From an uncultured bacterium (GTDB lineage: Bacteria; Fidelibacterota; Marinisomatia; Marinisomatales; UBA1611): DNA of 51,601 nt. The notes beneath the pieces were generated by a model. That model was not told where the DNA came from, searched no databases, and saw nothing but the letters and a program-made list of their open reading frames with translations. Of this stretch, positions 23,301 to 30,430 are shown in pieces; the first letter of the stretch is position 1; each line of letters starts with the position of its first letter. The translations under genes and the position numbers were made by a program. Location: positions 1-51,601 of the forward strand of contig CAWVTW010000002.1 of NCBI GenBank assembly GCA_963933175.1, given 5' to 3'.

Positions 23301-23713
23301 ACTCATCCATAATTTTGTCTATGGCCAGTCATGCTACCGGAGATGCAGGTGCAAACCCACTAACAACCGTTTTCCATGGGTTTGGCCAGTTTACAGGATA
23401 TGTTGTTGCCTTAGACGAAGAAGTAAGCCTTCCTGGTGAATTTGCCCTACATCCAAACTTTCCGAATCCATTCAATCCAACAACAATGATCGCTTATGAT
23501 TTGGCTGATGCATCAGATGTACAGTTGGATATTTATGATCTCATGGGAAGAAATATTAATACGGTTGTTAATCAAAATCAATCTGCTGGTCGCCATTTTG
23601 TGACCTGGAATGCAAATGATTATCTGGGTAATCAAGTTAGTGCAGGTGTTTATCTTTATAGGCTGCAAGCAGGAAATAAGATATTCACCCGAAAAATGAT
23701 CTTGATGAAATAA
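20372..23713 (+). CDS. Large secreted multi-domain protein: about five cohesin-like modules, a MAM or choice-of-anchor-J-like module, FN3, and a T9SS C-terminal sorting domain
   Basis: Signal peptide after the ATG at 20372, with GGAGGA upstream. Repeated (V/L)GG(F/L)QFD cohesin-like signature. C-terminal ...NFPNPFNPTT...GVYLYRLQAGN...KMILMK is a T9SS CTD. Confidence 0.85.
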   Translation: MILLRRTFNPLILLMVLVGFAFSNVTVSLSDVEVDGYTADIIVPVNLSNPNDGVGGFQFDVIALPALVQLSDVTPSDEENFSADYTVFEDGSGRVVFYSNNATGIGAGGNGVVLNLHFDGSAILSASLDLDMFSLAVSDEGGNVLESSAEGGTIIIGNVVTISATSDTGDVNEEVFLDINLDNPGVVGGLQFDLYDTPDYLDVSGFTTTDRSNGFSVDYTQLDNGMTRVIMYDGNNGNIAPGEGAILNMTMTVHTNAYNSNVGVNFDNAIVTDEIGGTYWVAGADSGTVTVTPGYIEEPHNLEAQDGMDAQVLLSWDPPYGPIPEDFEEDFEEGEIPESWTLTTSSAQGWFITQDGSSAFWAVPSHTWYMCSNDDMADDDGSVDYLITPPINVSGAENINLNFASYYDGAYGQTAHIEVSTDGSNFTEVTSLNPTSEWVMESIDLSEYAGAPNLYIAFHSNDNGAWASGWAVDDIMINFSARAVEQTVHFNLTETGAWVVTADKEDVIQRFGGGIPYEVRVDIDNPITPENRPVEIDAYKVYRSYNEDSDFEEIAEVDGNTTIYLDEGVVNSTTYFYYVTAIYPDGTESQPTNTVSATPVEWVECWMDDGASLTGQMDTLDFYINNETDLGLFYFEIVDYPDVISSINVIPTERTSNWSIEISNQGNGTIAITGISLGSPLSAGDGAVCSAILYPDADEAMTVSLSYSNGTAIQDVNFVDLNWTSESATYEVGIETQYIHFTGGYGDDGSNFTSSLMLGNTQPVYGLQLDIAPDPPFMMGTEVNVSDAHDFSDWEVSGMVIGNYYRVTLVNNAHNSPINPGMSHIVDITFEIPAGTPDASIVVLDLQDAEITDFNDLPMHAESIPSEVYIGIPPAAYTIQNTSGALIPGGTGTFEVHLDNTELVGTLQFTIVDFPESMTVTNVTPVGRFDDGIVDGSSEEQEDGSYYFLGYDFSSGIEAGSGPILEFEVQFDNNLNNSSIILSMASHATGDAGANPLTTVFHGFGQFTGYVVALDEEVSLPGEFALHPNFPNPFNPTTMIAYDLADASDVQLDIYDLMGRNINTVVNQNQSAGRHFVTWNANDYLGNQVSAGVYLYRLQAGNKIFTRKMILMK

Positions 23714-23734
23714 TCTGGCTCAGATAGAGTAATT

Positions 23735-23772
23735 AAAAAAGCCCTTTTCCTGTAGGTGAAGGGCTTTTTTAT
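23735..23772 (+). terminator. Rho-independent terminator
   Basis: Stem aaaagccctt / aagggctttt followed by a T-run. Confidence 0.8.
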
Positions 23773-23807
23773 TGAGAAAAATTTGTAATTTATCCCCCCA
23801 ATTTTAT

Positions 23808-23890
23808 GCCGCGGTGGTGGAATTGGTAGACACGCCAGATTTAGGATCTGGTGCCCTTTGGGTGTGAAGGTTCGAGCCCTTTCCGCGGTA
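23808..23890 (+). tRNA. tRNA-Leu (anticodon UAG), class II with long variable arm
   Basis: Hand-folded cloverleaf. Acceptor GCCGCGG/CCGCGGU with G1:U72. 3-bp D stem. Anticodon stem CCAGA/TCTGG with loop UUUAGGA. Variable arm GCCC-UUU-GGGU. T loop TTCGAGC. Discriminator A. No encoded CCA. Confidence 0.9.
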
Positions 23891-23899
23891 CACTAAAGT

Positions 23900-23935
23900 A
23901 AGCCTTGTTTCTCTGACGAGAAGTGAGGCTTTTTT
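23900..23935 (+). terminator. Rho-independent terminator after tRNA-Leu
   Basis: About 14-bp stem (aagccttgtttctc / gagaagtgaggctt, with 3 G:U pairs) and a T5 run. Confidence 0.7.
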
Positions 23936-23997
23936 ACTTTGTATAACTGTAATGAAACAGCCGGTTTTAATTCTAAAAAAATGAAAATATAGGTTAA

Positions 23998-24035
23998 TCT
24001 CATTTCTATTCACTTTATTTTAACTAGAAATGAGA
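23998..24035. repeat. Perfect 11-bp inverted repeat TCTCATTTCTA-N16-TAGAAATGAGA
   Basis: Read directly. Intergenic, upstream of the small membrane ORF. Confidence 0.4.
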
Positions 24036-24097
24036 GATGTTGTGGCTTGCAGAAGAAACTCTACACATATAGTAATGCTATTTTTGTAATTTGAAGT

Positions 24098-24388
24098 ATG
24101 AGCAGAAAAATAAAATTAGATTTTCAGATTATTCGCAACATTTATTACAGAATGGGGACGCTATTTATAGTAATTACTCTATTAATTAACATTTTGACTA
24201 ACTATGAAGTAATCCCCATTGGGTTGAAAGAAATACGAATTTTTACAGCATCTGTGGGTATTCCTCTTTACCTTTATGGTACATTTGTTCATTACAAAAC
24301 AACGAAGGATGTATCTTTTGTAAAGCAGAGTTTAGTAGGCTTTTTAATCGGTTTAACTATAATTGCAATTGTTTTTATAAGCAGATAA
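24098..24388 (+). CDS. Hypothetical small membrane protein (about 3 TM)
   Basis: ORF with hydrophobic segments. Very AT-rich. No family recognised. Confidence 0.45.
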   Translation: MSRKIKLDFQIIRNIYYRMGTLFIVITLLINILTNYEVIPIGLKEIRIFTASVGIPLYLYGTFVHYKTTKDVSFVKQSLVGFLIGLTIIAIVFISR

Positions 24389-24518
24389 GGACTCCACATT
24401 CGTGGGAATTTTAACTGAATATGGATCATCCTTTTTTCTTTAGCACAAAGTCATCAATCTCTGTAGCAAGCAATGACTGATGAAAATATGTTGATTATAA
24501 TGATTATATATTGAAAAT

Positions 24519-24553
24519 AAAAAAGCCATCTGTTTACTAGCGGATGGCTTTTT
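24519..24553. terminator. Bidirectional hairpin terminator (end of the oxidase operon)
   Basis: Stem aaaaagccatc / gatggcttttt, flanked by A-run and T-run so it works on both strands. Confidence 0.7.
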
Positions 24554-24577
24554 ATTAATATCTATTAAGTCTGCTTT

Positions 24578-25402
24578 CTACCAGTCGTCGTCGTCGCCAG
24601 ATTCTTCTTCAAGGTACTCTGCTTGTTCATCGAGCCAGGCCTGGTAGCCATCATCATCATGCACTGTGAAGAAGCCTCTCATACGATAGTGACCTAACCC
24701 ACAAAGCTGAGCACAGGTGACTTCCAATGATTTTCCTTCCCGTTTGGATCCGATAGTCGTTTTAAGAAACTCGTCCGATGTCATGGTAGCTGTGAAATGA
24801 ACAGGAATAACCATCCCCGGGATTATGTCTTGTTTTACTCGAAGTTCTGGCAAAGAAAAACTATGAATCACATCTAGGGATGTAAGATCAATTCGTATCT
24901 TTTTATTAACAGGTACATGCAATTGGTTTACTGTATAAAAATCATCTGATGCATTGTCGCTGGAACGATCTAAACCGACTGGGTTTTCCTGTTCATCTAC
25001 AAGATCAGCCCGTGTTTTACCAAATTTGCCATCAGGTCCAGGATAATGAAAATTCCAGGCAAATTGCTGTGCTACAACACGAAGATGAACAGATTCATAT
25101 GTGGATGGAACATCAGTGACTCGTGCTGCCCAAATTGGAAATCCGAATCCGAAAAGGATCACAATTTCAATCACAGCTACAACTGCTTCCAGTAAAGATG
25201 ACAAATGAGACTTGACGCCTATATAATCTGCTTTCGCATTTTTAGATGCACGGAATTTGACAAGACTGACTATAAAAAATGAACCCCAGCCTACGAACAA
25301 AACGAGCATTAACCAGTGGACAATTGCATTAATTTCATCAATAGCAGCGCCCTGCACCGACATATTGATGGGTAAACCTAGTTTATGGAGAATATCGATC
25401 AA
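24578..25402 (-). CDS. coxB: Cytochrome c oxidase subunit II (CuA, no fused cytochrome c domain), acidic ...GDDDDW C-terminus
   Basis: Two N-terminal TMs. CuA ligands in VIHSFSLPE and CAQLCGLGHYRM. Confidence 0.93.
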   Translation of the reverse strand: MIDILHKLGLPINMSVQGAAIDEINAIVHWLMLVLFVGWGSFFIVSLVKFRASKNAKADYIGVKSHLSSLLEAVVAVIEIVILFGFGFPIWAARVTDVPSTYESVHLRVVAQQFAWNFHYPGPDGKFGKTRADLVDEQENPVGLDRSSDNASDDFYTVNQLHVPVNKKIRIDLTSLDVIHSFSLPELRVKQDIIPGMVIPVHFTATMTSDEFLKTTIGSKREGKSLEVTCAQLCGLGHYRMRGFFTVHDDDGYQAWLDEQAEYLEEESGDDDDW

Positions 25403-25413
25403 AAGAAGATCCT

Positions 25414-25647
25414 CTACTGTTTATTCAATTTTTGAAAATTTTTGTCTTTTTTCCCGATCGAAATGATCGTACTGATTACGCCACCCAATACTCCACCTGT
25501 AACACCTAGCAATGTAATGATCGCCCAATTCATTCCTTGAGATGCCGGTGCACTTGGGTCGCCAAAACAAGTGGCACATGCATCAGCCGTCTCCGGAACA
25601 AATAATAGGATGAATAAAAGGATGATTATGTGAGTATTCTTATTCAT
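25414..25647 (-). CDS. Small membrane protein: signal peptide, CATC motif, C-terminal TM
   Basis: 77-aa ORF packed between cox genes with gaps of 3 and 11 nt. ADACATCFGDPSAP, then the TM WAIITLLGVTGGVLGGVISTII. Confidence 0.6.
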   Translation of the reverse strand: MNKNTHIIILLFILLFVPETADACATCFGDPSAPASQGMNWAIITLLGVTGGVLGGVISTIISIGKKDKNFQKLNKQ

Positions 25648-25650
25648 GAA

Positions 25651-25848
25651 TCAGATCTGTTTGAATTTTTTAACCACCGAAAATCCATAGACGATGAGCC
25701 CGGCAGCCACCATGAAAGAAATTGCTGCCAGCATGTTGGAAACAGTTCCGGGATTGGAAGGATGAGTCATTTCAAACACACCATAGTATCCGGTAATCAG
25801 AATAGAAACAGTAATAAAAAATAAGTGGAATTGTTTAAGAGAAATCAT
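25651..25848 (-). CDS. Small 2-TM membrane protein
   Basis: 65-aa ORF with a 4-nt ATGA overlap on the subunit IV gene. Confidence 0.55.
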   Translation of the reverse strand: MISLKQFHLFFITVSILITGYYGVFEMTHPSNPGTVSNMLAAISFMVAAGLIVYGFSVVKKFKQI

Positions 25849-26150
25849 GAAAGACTGGTATGGTCAATATAAGTGATCATGGGGATGAACATGCAAAACA
25901 GGAAAAAGATAAATGTCAGGGCTAAGAGCCAGATAATAGTTTGTTTTTCGGTAATGAGATGCATGAAATATCCCGCCACCAGGCTGGCTTTCACTGTTGC
26001 GATAGTCAAGGCTAAAAAGATGGCCTCTATTGTTGACACATTCAGGTAGGAGACTGCCACGGTTAAGAGTGTTAAGACTCCCAGGGCACCAAATACGGTT
26101 AAATAAACCTTAATGTGCTCTTGGATATGTCCGTTATCATGATCGCTCAT
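25845..26150 (-). CDS. Cytochrome c oxidase subunit IV (prokaryotic COX4 family)
   Basis: YLTVFGALGVLTLLTVAVS...ATVKASLVAGYFMHL pattern, with 3 TM. Confidence 0.8.
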   Translation of the reverse strand: MSDHDNGHIQEHIKVYLTVFGALGVLTLLTVAVSYLNVSTIEAIFLALTIATVKASLVAGYFMHLITEKQTIIWLLALTFIFFLFCMFIPMITYIDHTSLS

Positions 26151-26159
26151 TATTGTCCC

Positions 26160-26759
26160 CTAAAGTAAGTAAAGAATTGGGAAAAGGAAAATCCAGACAA
26201 GATCCACAAAGTGCCAGTAAAGTCCCGCAACCTCAATTCTGTTCGTAAATTGTTCAGGGTTGGAATGCCACATCTTATTCCCAAAAGGTAACCAGAAATA
26301 GCCCATAACAATCATACCACCGATTATGTGCAACATATGTAAACCAGTCAATGTAAAATAGATTCCCATGAATGTACTGGATGACGGGTAAATCCCATGG
26401 TGGAATTTTCCAGTGTATTCAAAGTATTTGACAATAAGAAATATAAATGCGCACAGGAGGGTAAGTCCCATATACATTTTATATTTTTCAAAATCTTTCA
26501 TTTTCAAAGATGCCCATGACATGATCACCGTTACACTCGATGAAATCAATACTAAGGTATTAAAAGTTGCCATAGGGATGCTCAATTTGGAACCCCAGTA
26601 GGCAAAGTCGCCTACTGGCGCTGCCATTCTCAAAAAAACATATGCAGAGAATAATCCGCCAAAAAGCATGATTTCGGAAGCCAGAAAAACCCAGATTCCA
26701 AGTTTAGAATTATTTAGACCTGTATCTGGTCTTTCTTCAATTGTGTATGGAATTTGCAC
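26160..26759 (-). CDS. coxC: Cytochrome c oxidase subunit III (short 5-TM form)
   Basis: LGIWVFLASEIMLFGGLFSAY, HMLHIIGG and LYWHFVDLVWIFLFP. Confidence 0.92.
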   Translation of the reverse strand: MQIPYTIEERPDTGLNNSKLGIWVFLASEIMLFGGLFSAYVFLRMAAPVGDFAYWGSKLSIPMATFNTLVLISSSVTVIMSWASLKMKDFEKYKMYMGLTLLCAFIFLIVKYFEYTGKFHHGIYPSSSTFMGIYFTLTGLHMLHIIGGMIVMGYFWLPFGNKMWHSNPEQFTNRIEVAGLYWHFVDLVWIFLFPILYLL

Positions 26760-26771
26760 CGTCAGAGTCCT

Positions 26772-28481
26772 TTATTTTTCTGTTTGCGGTGAGAAATCTT
26801 TATCTGCACCGGGAACACTATACTCATAAGGTCCTCGATACACTTCAACATCGCCTTCAAAGTTCGCATGGGGAAGGGGAGGAGAAGGCGCTGACCATTC
26901 AATGGTTGTTGCACCCCATGGATTCCGATCTACTTTTTCGCCATTAAACATGGAAATAAATATATTAATAATGAATGGAATCTGTGCTGCCGCAAGGCAG
27001 AAGGCGGAAATAGACATAAATTCATTCCATTGCAGTACATCCTGAGCATGAGCATAAAGTTGTCCACCATCATACAAACGGCGAGAGACGCCGGCAAGCC
27101 CTTGGATAAACATAGGCATAAAAATACCATTCATAAAAATGAGTGATGGCCAAAAGTGAAGTTTTCCCAGAGCTTCACTCATTCTTCTCCCTGTAATTTT
27201 AGGGAACCAATAATAGATTCCAGCAAAAAGGCCGAAGATAGTACCAGGTGCTACTACATAATGAAAGTGACCAATCACATAATAGGTATCATGAAGATGA
27301 ATATCCGATGCTCCTACACCCAGAGGGAGACCAGTTAAACCACCAATCCCAAACATGGGTAAAAATGCCAACGCAAATAACATGGGAGTTGTAAAACGGA
27401 TAGATGCTCCCCATAGTGAAAGGAAGAACGCAGTTAAAATTACAACCGATGGAATCGAAATAATCATGGTAGTTGTTTGAAAAAAAGCACTCATGGCCTG
27501 TCCCATTCCCGTAAGGAACATATGATGTGCCCAAACGACAAAGGACATAAAGCCAAGGAAAACGGTGGCATAGACTAAGGATTTATAACCCCAAAGAGGT
27601 TTCCGTGTATTGTTGGCAATCACTTCTCCCACTATTCCCATGGCAGGAAGAATCAACACATATACTTCCGGGTGAGCTAAGAACCAAAATAAATGCTGCC
27701 AAAGAAGGGGAGATCCAGAGCCATAAACATCAACGGGTGCGCCGCTGTAGACCAATCCGCTGGGCAAGAAAAAACTTGTATGAGCTACTCGATCCATTAA
27801 TTGGAGAACTGCAGCTGCTTCGAGGGGTGGGAAAGCAAGGACCAATAAAAAAGCAGTGACAAACTGTGCCCAAACAAAAAAGGGCAATCTAAACCAACTC
27901 AAACCAGGGGCACGGAGTTGAACAATGGTGACAATCATATTCATAGATCCAAGCAGGGAAGATGTAATTAAAAAGAGCATCCCGATAAGCCATGTAGTTT
28001 GACCGGTTTCAAAGATTGAGAGTGGTGGATAAGATGTCCATCCAGATCTTGCAGCACCTTCCGGCATGAAGAAACTTGTCAGCATGATCACCCCACCAAT
28101 AAAATAAGACCAGTAACTGGCAGCATTTAATTTTGGGAATGCCATATCAGGTGCACCAATCTGCAAAGGAACAATATAGTTTCCAAATGCACCGACAGCT
28201 AAAGGCACGATACCTAGGAAGATCATGATCGTCCCATGCATAGCGCCCAACATATTATAGATCTCAGGCATTAGAATACCTGTTTCACCTAATATGCCGC
28301 CGACAATTGGAACCGGTGTTTCTGGGTAGGCCAATTGCCATCTCATGACCATCATCAGGCAAAATCCAAAAAGCAGGAACAACAGCGAAGTAATCCCATA
28401 TTGGATGCCAATTATCTTATGGTCTACAGAAAAAATATATTTCTGTAAAAAATTCTCTTTGTGGTGAGAATCATTACTCAC
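26772..28481 (-). CDS. coxA: Cytochrome c oxidase subunit I (A-type haem-copper oxidase)
   Basis: WFLAHPEVYVLILP, VWAHHMF and HDTYYVIGHFHYV haem/CuB ligand motifs. Confidence 0.98.
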   Translation of the reverse strand: MSNDSHHKENFLQKYIFSVDHKIIGIQYGITSLLFLLFGFCLMMVMRWQLAYPETPVPIVGGILGETGILMPEIYNMLGAMHGTIMIFLGIVPLAVGAFGNYIVPLQIGAPDMAFPKLNAASYWSYFIGGVIMLTSFFMPEGAARSGWTSYPPLSIFETGQTTWLIGMLFLITSSLLGSMNMIVTIVQLRAPGLSWFRLPFFVWAQFVTAFLLVLAFPPLEAAAVLQLMDRVAHTSFFLPSGLVYSGAPVDVYGSGSPLLWQHLFWFLAHPEVYVLILPAMGIVGEVIANNTRKPLWGYKSLVYATVFLGFMSFVVWAHHMFLTGMGQAMSAFFQTTTMIISIPSVVILTAFFLSLWGASIRFTTPMLFALAFLPMFGIGGLTGLPLGVGASDIHLHDTYYVIGHFHYVVAPGTIFGLFAGIYYWFPKITGRRMSEALGKLHFWPSLIFMNGIFMPMFIQGLAGVSRRLYDGGQLYAHAQDVLQWNEFMSISAFCLAAAQIPFIINIFISMFNGEKVDRNPWGATTIEWSAPSPPLPHANFEGDVEVYRGPYEYSVPGADKDFSPQTEK

Positions 28482-28520
28482 GTGATTTCTCCGATGTTAA
28501 TTAAATTAGTTAAGAATCGT

Positions 28521-28847
28521 TCAGTCTATTGCTAGACCATAATTTTTTTCAAAAACATCCGTTCCAAGCATTCGTATTGCATCCCAAGTCATCTTAGTAC
28601 ATACACGGGCGCAAACTTGACAACCTGTACATTCATTAAAACGAACCTGAACCGGTGGGATAAGAACTTCATATTTATCCTTTGCTACTGGTTCTATGCA
28701 ATCCACGGGGCAAAACGGCACACATACTTGACAACCTGTGCAATTATCTTCATCAACAACTGCCATGAGTTTCGGACGTTTTGTTTTTTCTCGAGGAACG
28801 TCCGGTAGATCTGGAATTCCTTTAAAATGATTATATTTGTTTGCCAT
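28521..28847 (-). CDS. 2x[4Fe-4S] ferredoxin-type protein
   Basis: CTGCQVCVPFCP and CTGCQVCARVC cluster motifs. No signal peptide. Confidence 0.88.
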   Translation of the reverse strand: MANKYNHFKGIPDLPDVPREKTKRPKLMAVVDEDNCTGCQVCVPFCPVDCIEPVAKDKYEVLIPPVQVRFNECTGCQVCARVCTKMTWDAIRMLGTDVFEKNYGLAID

Positions 28848-28909
28848 GTTTTTCTAAAAATATTAGATCACCAATTTACTAATAAATTTTAAAATGAAAG
28901 AAATGAAAT

Positions 28910-29068
28910 TTACTGTAGGATATATTTTTCTATTACCCACCCTGCCACAAAAAAAGCAATGCCAGCGAGGAGCAATTTGGGATCCATCAATCGGGGGAAT
29001 TTAATAATAAACCCAATTCCGATCAGTGTCATACCCAGGATTTCCAATCCTTTGGCACCGTAATACAT
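28910..29068 (-). CDS. Unannotated 52-aa 2-TM ORF (MYYGAKGLEILGMTLIGIGFII...)
   Basis: Hand-translated; below the track's length cutoff. Its ATG shares one base with the TAA of the upstream gene (TAATG). Confidence 0.4.
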   Translation of the reverse strand: MYYGAKGLEILGMTLIGIGFIIKFPRLMDPKLLLAGIAFFVAGWVIEKYILQ

Positions 29069-29544
29069 TATTCAGTATCTGGTTTTAGTTCTGAAATAAT
29101 AGCTATCTGTTCTTTAAAGGCATAATTCTTGATTATGAGTGACCAGACATGATGTCCGTAAGCGATGAGGAATAAAGGTCCGTGTAGCCAGGATGATGGT
29201 AAGTGGTTATCCACCGCACCACCATGAATAAATACGGCGCCCACCAAGGTAAGTGTTAACATGAGATGCGGGAACAGTTTCATTTTTAATTTTCGTTCTC
29301 GTATCCAGAGTTCATTTTCTCCCAACTTTTTTAAAATGGCTTCCTTGATTCCCTTTCCGGTAGAAATAAAAAAATACATTACTACTGTTTCTGTTATGGC
29401 AAAGATCAAGATCATAAACAATGCAAAGCGAGGGTGGTTTGCACCTAGCAAATCTAATTGAAAATATCCGCTAATTCCTGTCAAGGTTAAGTTTATAAAA
29501 TTAATAAACATGAGCAAGTAACAGGTGATCATAAATATCCACAT
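29068..29544 (-). CDS. Hypothetical 4-TM membrane protein with several conserved-looking His residues
   Basis: 158-aa ORF at the head of the oxidase gene string. No family recognised. Confidence 0.6.
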   Translation of the reverse strand: MWIFMITCYLLMFINFINLTLTGISGYFQLDLLGANHPRFALFMILIFAITETVVMYFFISTGKGIKEAILKKLGENELWIRERKLKMKLFPHLMLTLTLVGAVFIHGGAVDNHLPSSWLHGPLFLIAYGHHVWSLIIKNYAFKEQIAIISELKPDTE

Positions 29545-29699
29545 TTGAGTTTCTTTTCTCCGGGTTAAAAATGGGAGCAGAAAATACTAAACTAACTTTA
29601 ACTTTTCATAGGAAGATGCGCCTAAATATTCTATCCATTGTAAAAGAAAACTGGTAAATTTCACATCAGAATTAACCAAGTTATCAAAGGAATAATAAC

Positions 29700-30410
29700 A
29701 TGAAGCTTAAGAAATTAATCATCAGCGGAATTGCCTTGACTGTTGCAATCGCATTTGTGGATGCTGGTACCTTAAAAGGCCACGTGAAATTCGATGGAAA
29801 AGCTCCGAAATCAAAAAGGTTAAAAATGAATGCAGATCCAGTTTGTGGTGCATCCCACTCAGGCCCGGTCTATAGTGAGAGTTTTAAAATGGCAGCTGAT
29901 GGCTCTATGGCAGAAGCAATTGTTTATTTAAAGAATGTTTCTTATTCCGGTGGTTCACCTGCAGATCCTGTGGTTTTAGATCAAAAGGGCTGTATTTATA
30001 ATCCCCATGTATTAGGGATGGTTGCAGGACAAGAACTGCTGATTAAAAACAGTGACGCTACGTTGCATAATATCCACTCCAGACCCAATGTGAATAAAGA
30101 ATTTAATTTTGCTATGCCGAAAGTAGTAAAAGAAAAAAAAGCATCTTTTTCAAAATCTGAACCAGAACCATTTTACATTAAATGTGATGTGCATCCCTGG
30201 ATGAAAGCTTGGGTCTTGGTTTCAGATCATCCTTATTTTGCAGTTACAGATTCGAATGGGAATTTCTCCATTGATGGCATTCCAGCTGGGTCTTATGAAG
30301 TGGTTTGCTGGCAGGAAAAATTCAAAAAAATGCCATTGACTGCAACTGTAACCGTTGGTGATGGTGAAACAATAAAAGATTTTACTTTTACCCGTCCGAA
30401 GAAAAAGTAA
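29700..30410 (+). CDS. Secreted cupredoxin-like protein with carboxypeptidase-regulatory-like segments
   Basis: Signal peptide. Candidate type-1 Cu ligands LHNIHS ... CDVHPWM, with the same C-x2-H-x2-M spacing as the amicyanin loop. TDSNGNFSIDGIPAGSYEV beta-sandwich motif. Confidence 0.75.
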   Translation: MKLKKLIISGIALTVAIAFVDAGTLKGHVKFDGKAPKSKRLKMNADPVCGASHSGPVYSESFKMAADGSMAEAIVYLKNVSYSGGSPADPVVLDQKGCIYNPHVLGMVAGQELLIKNSDATLHNIHSRPNVNKEFNFAMPKVVKEKKASFSKSEPEPFYIKCDVHPWMKAWVLVSDHPYFAVTDSNGNFSIDGIPAGSYEVVCWQEKFKKMPLTATVTVGDGETIKDFTFTRPKKK

Positions 30411-30430
30411 TTAGATAATTTAATGAATTA

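Noticed and set aside
23804-24013. 69-aa minus-strand ORF.
   Set aside because: It overlaps tRNA-Leu and its terminator hairpin, and the region folds convincingly as a tRNA.
24519-24530. The left arm aaaaaagccatc of the coxB terminator is identical to the left arm of the hairpin at 31391-31402.
   Set aside because: A-run plus GC-rich stem starts are generic for intrinsic terminators here (compare 23735 and 30431). I count the coding-tail similarity as the real signal, not the hairpins.
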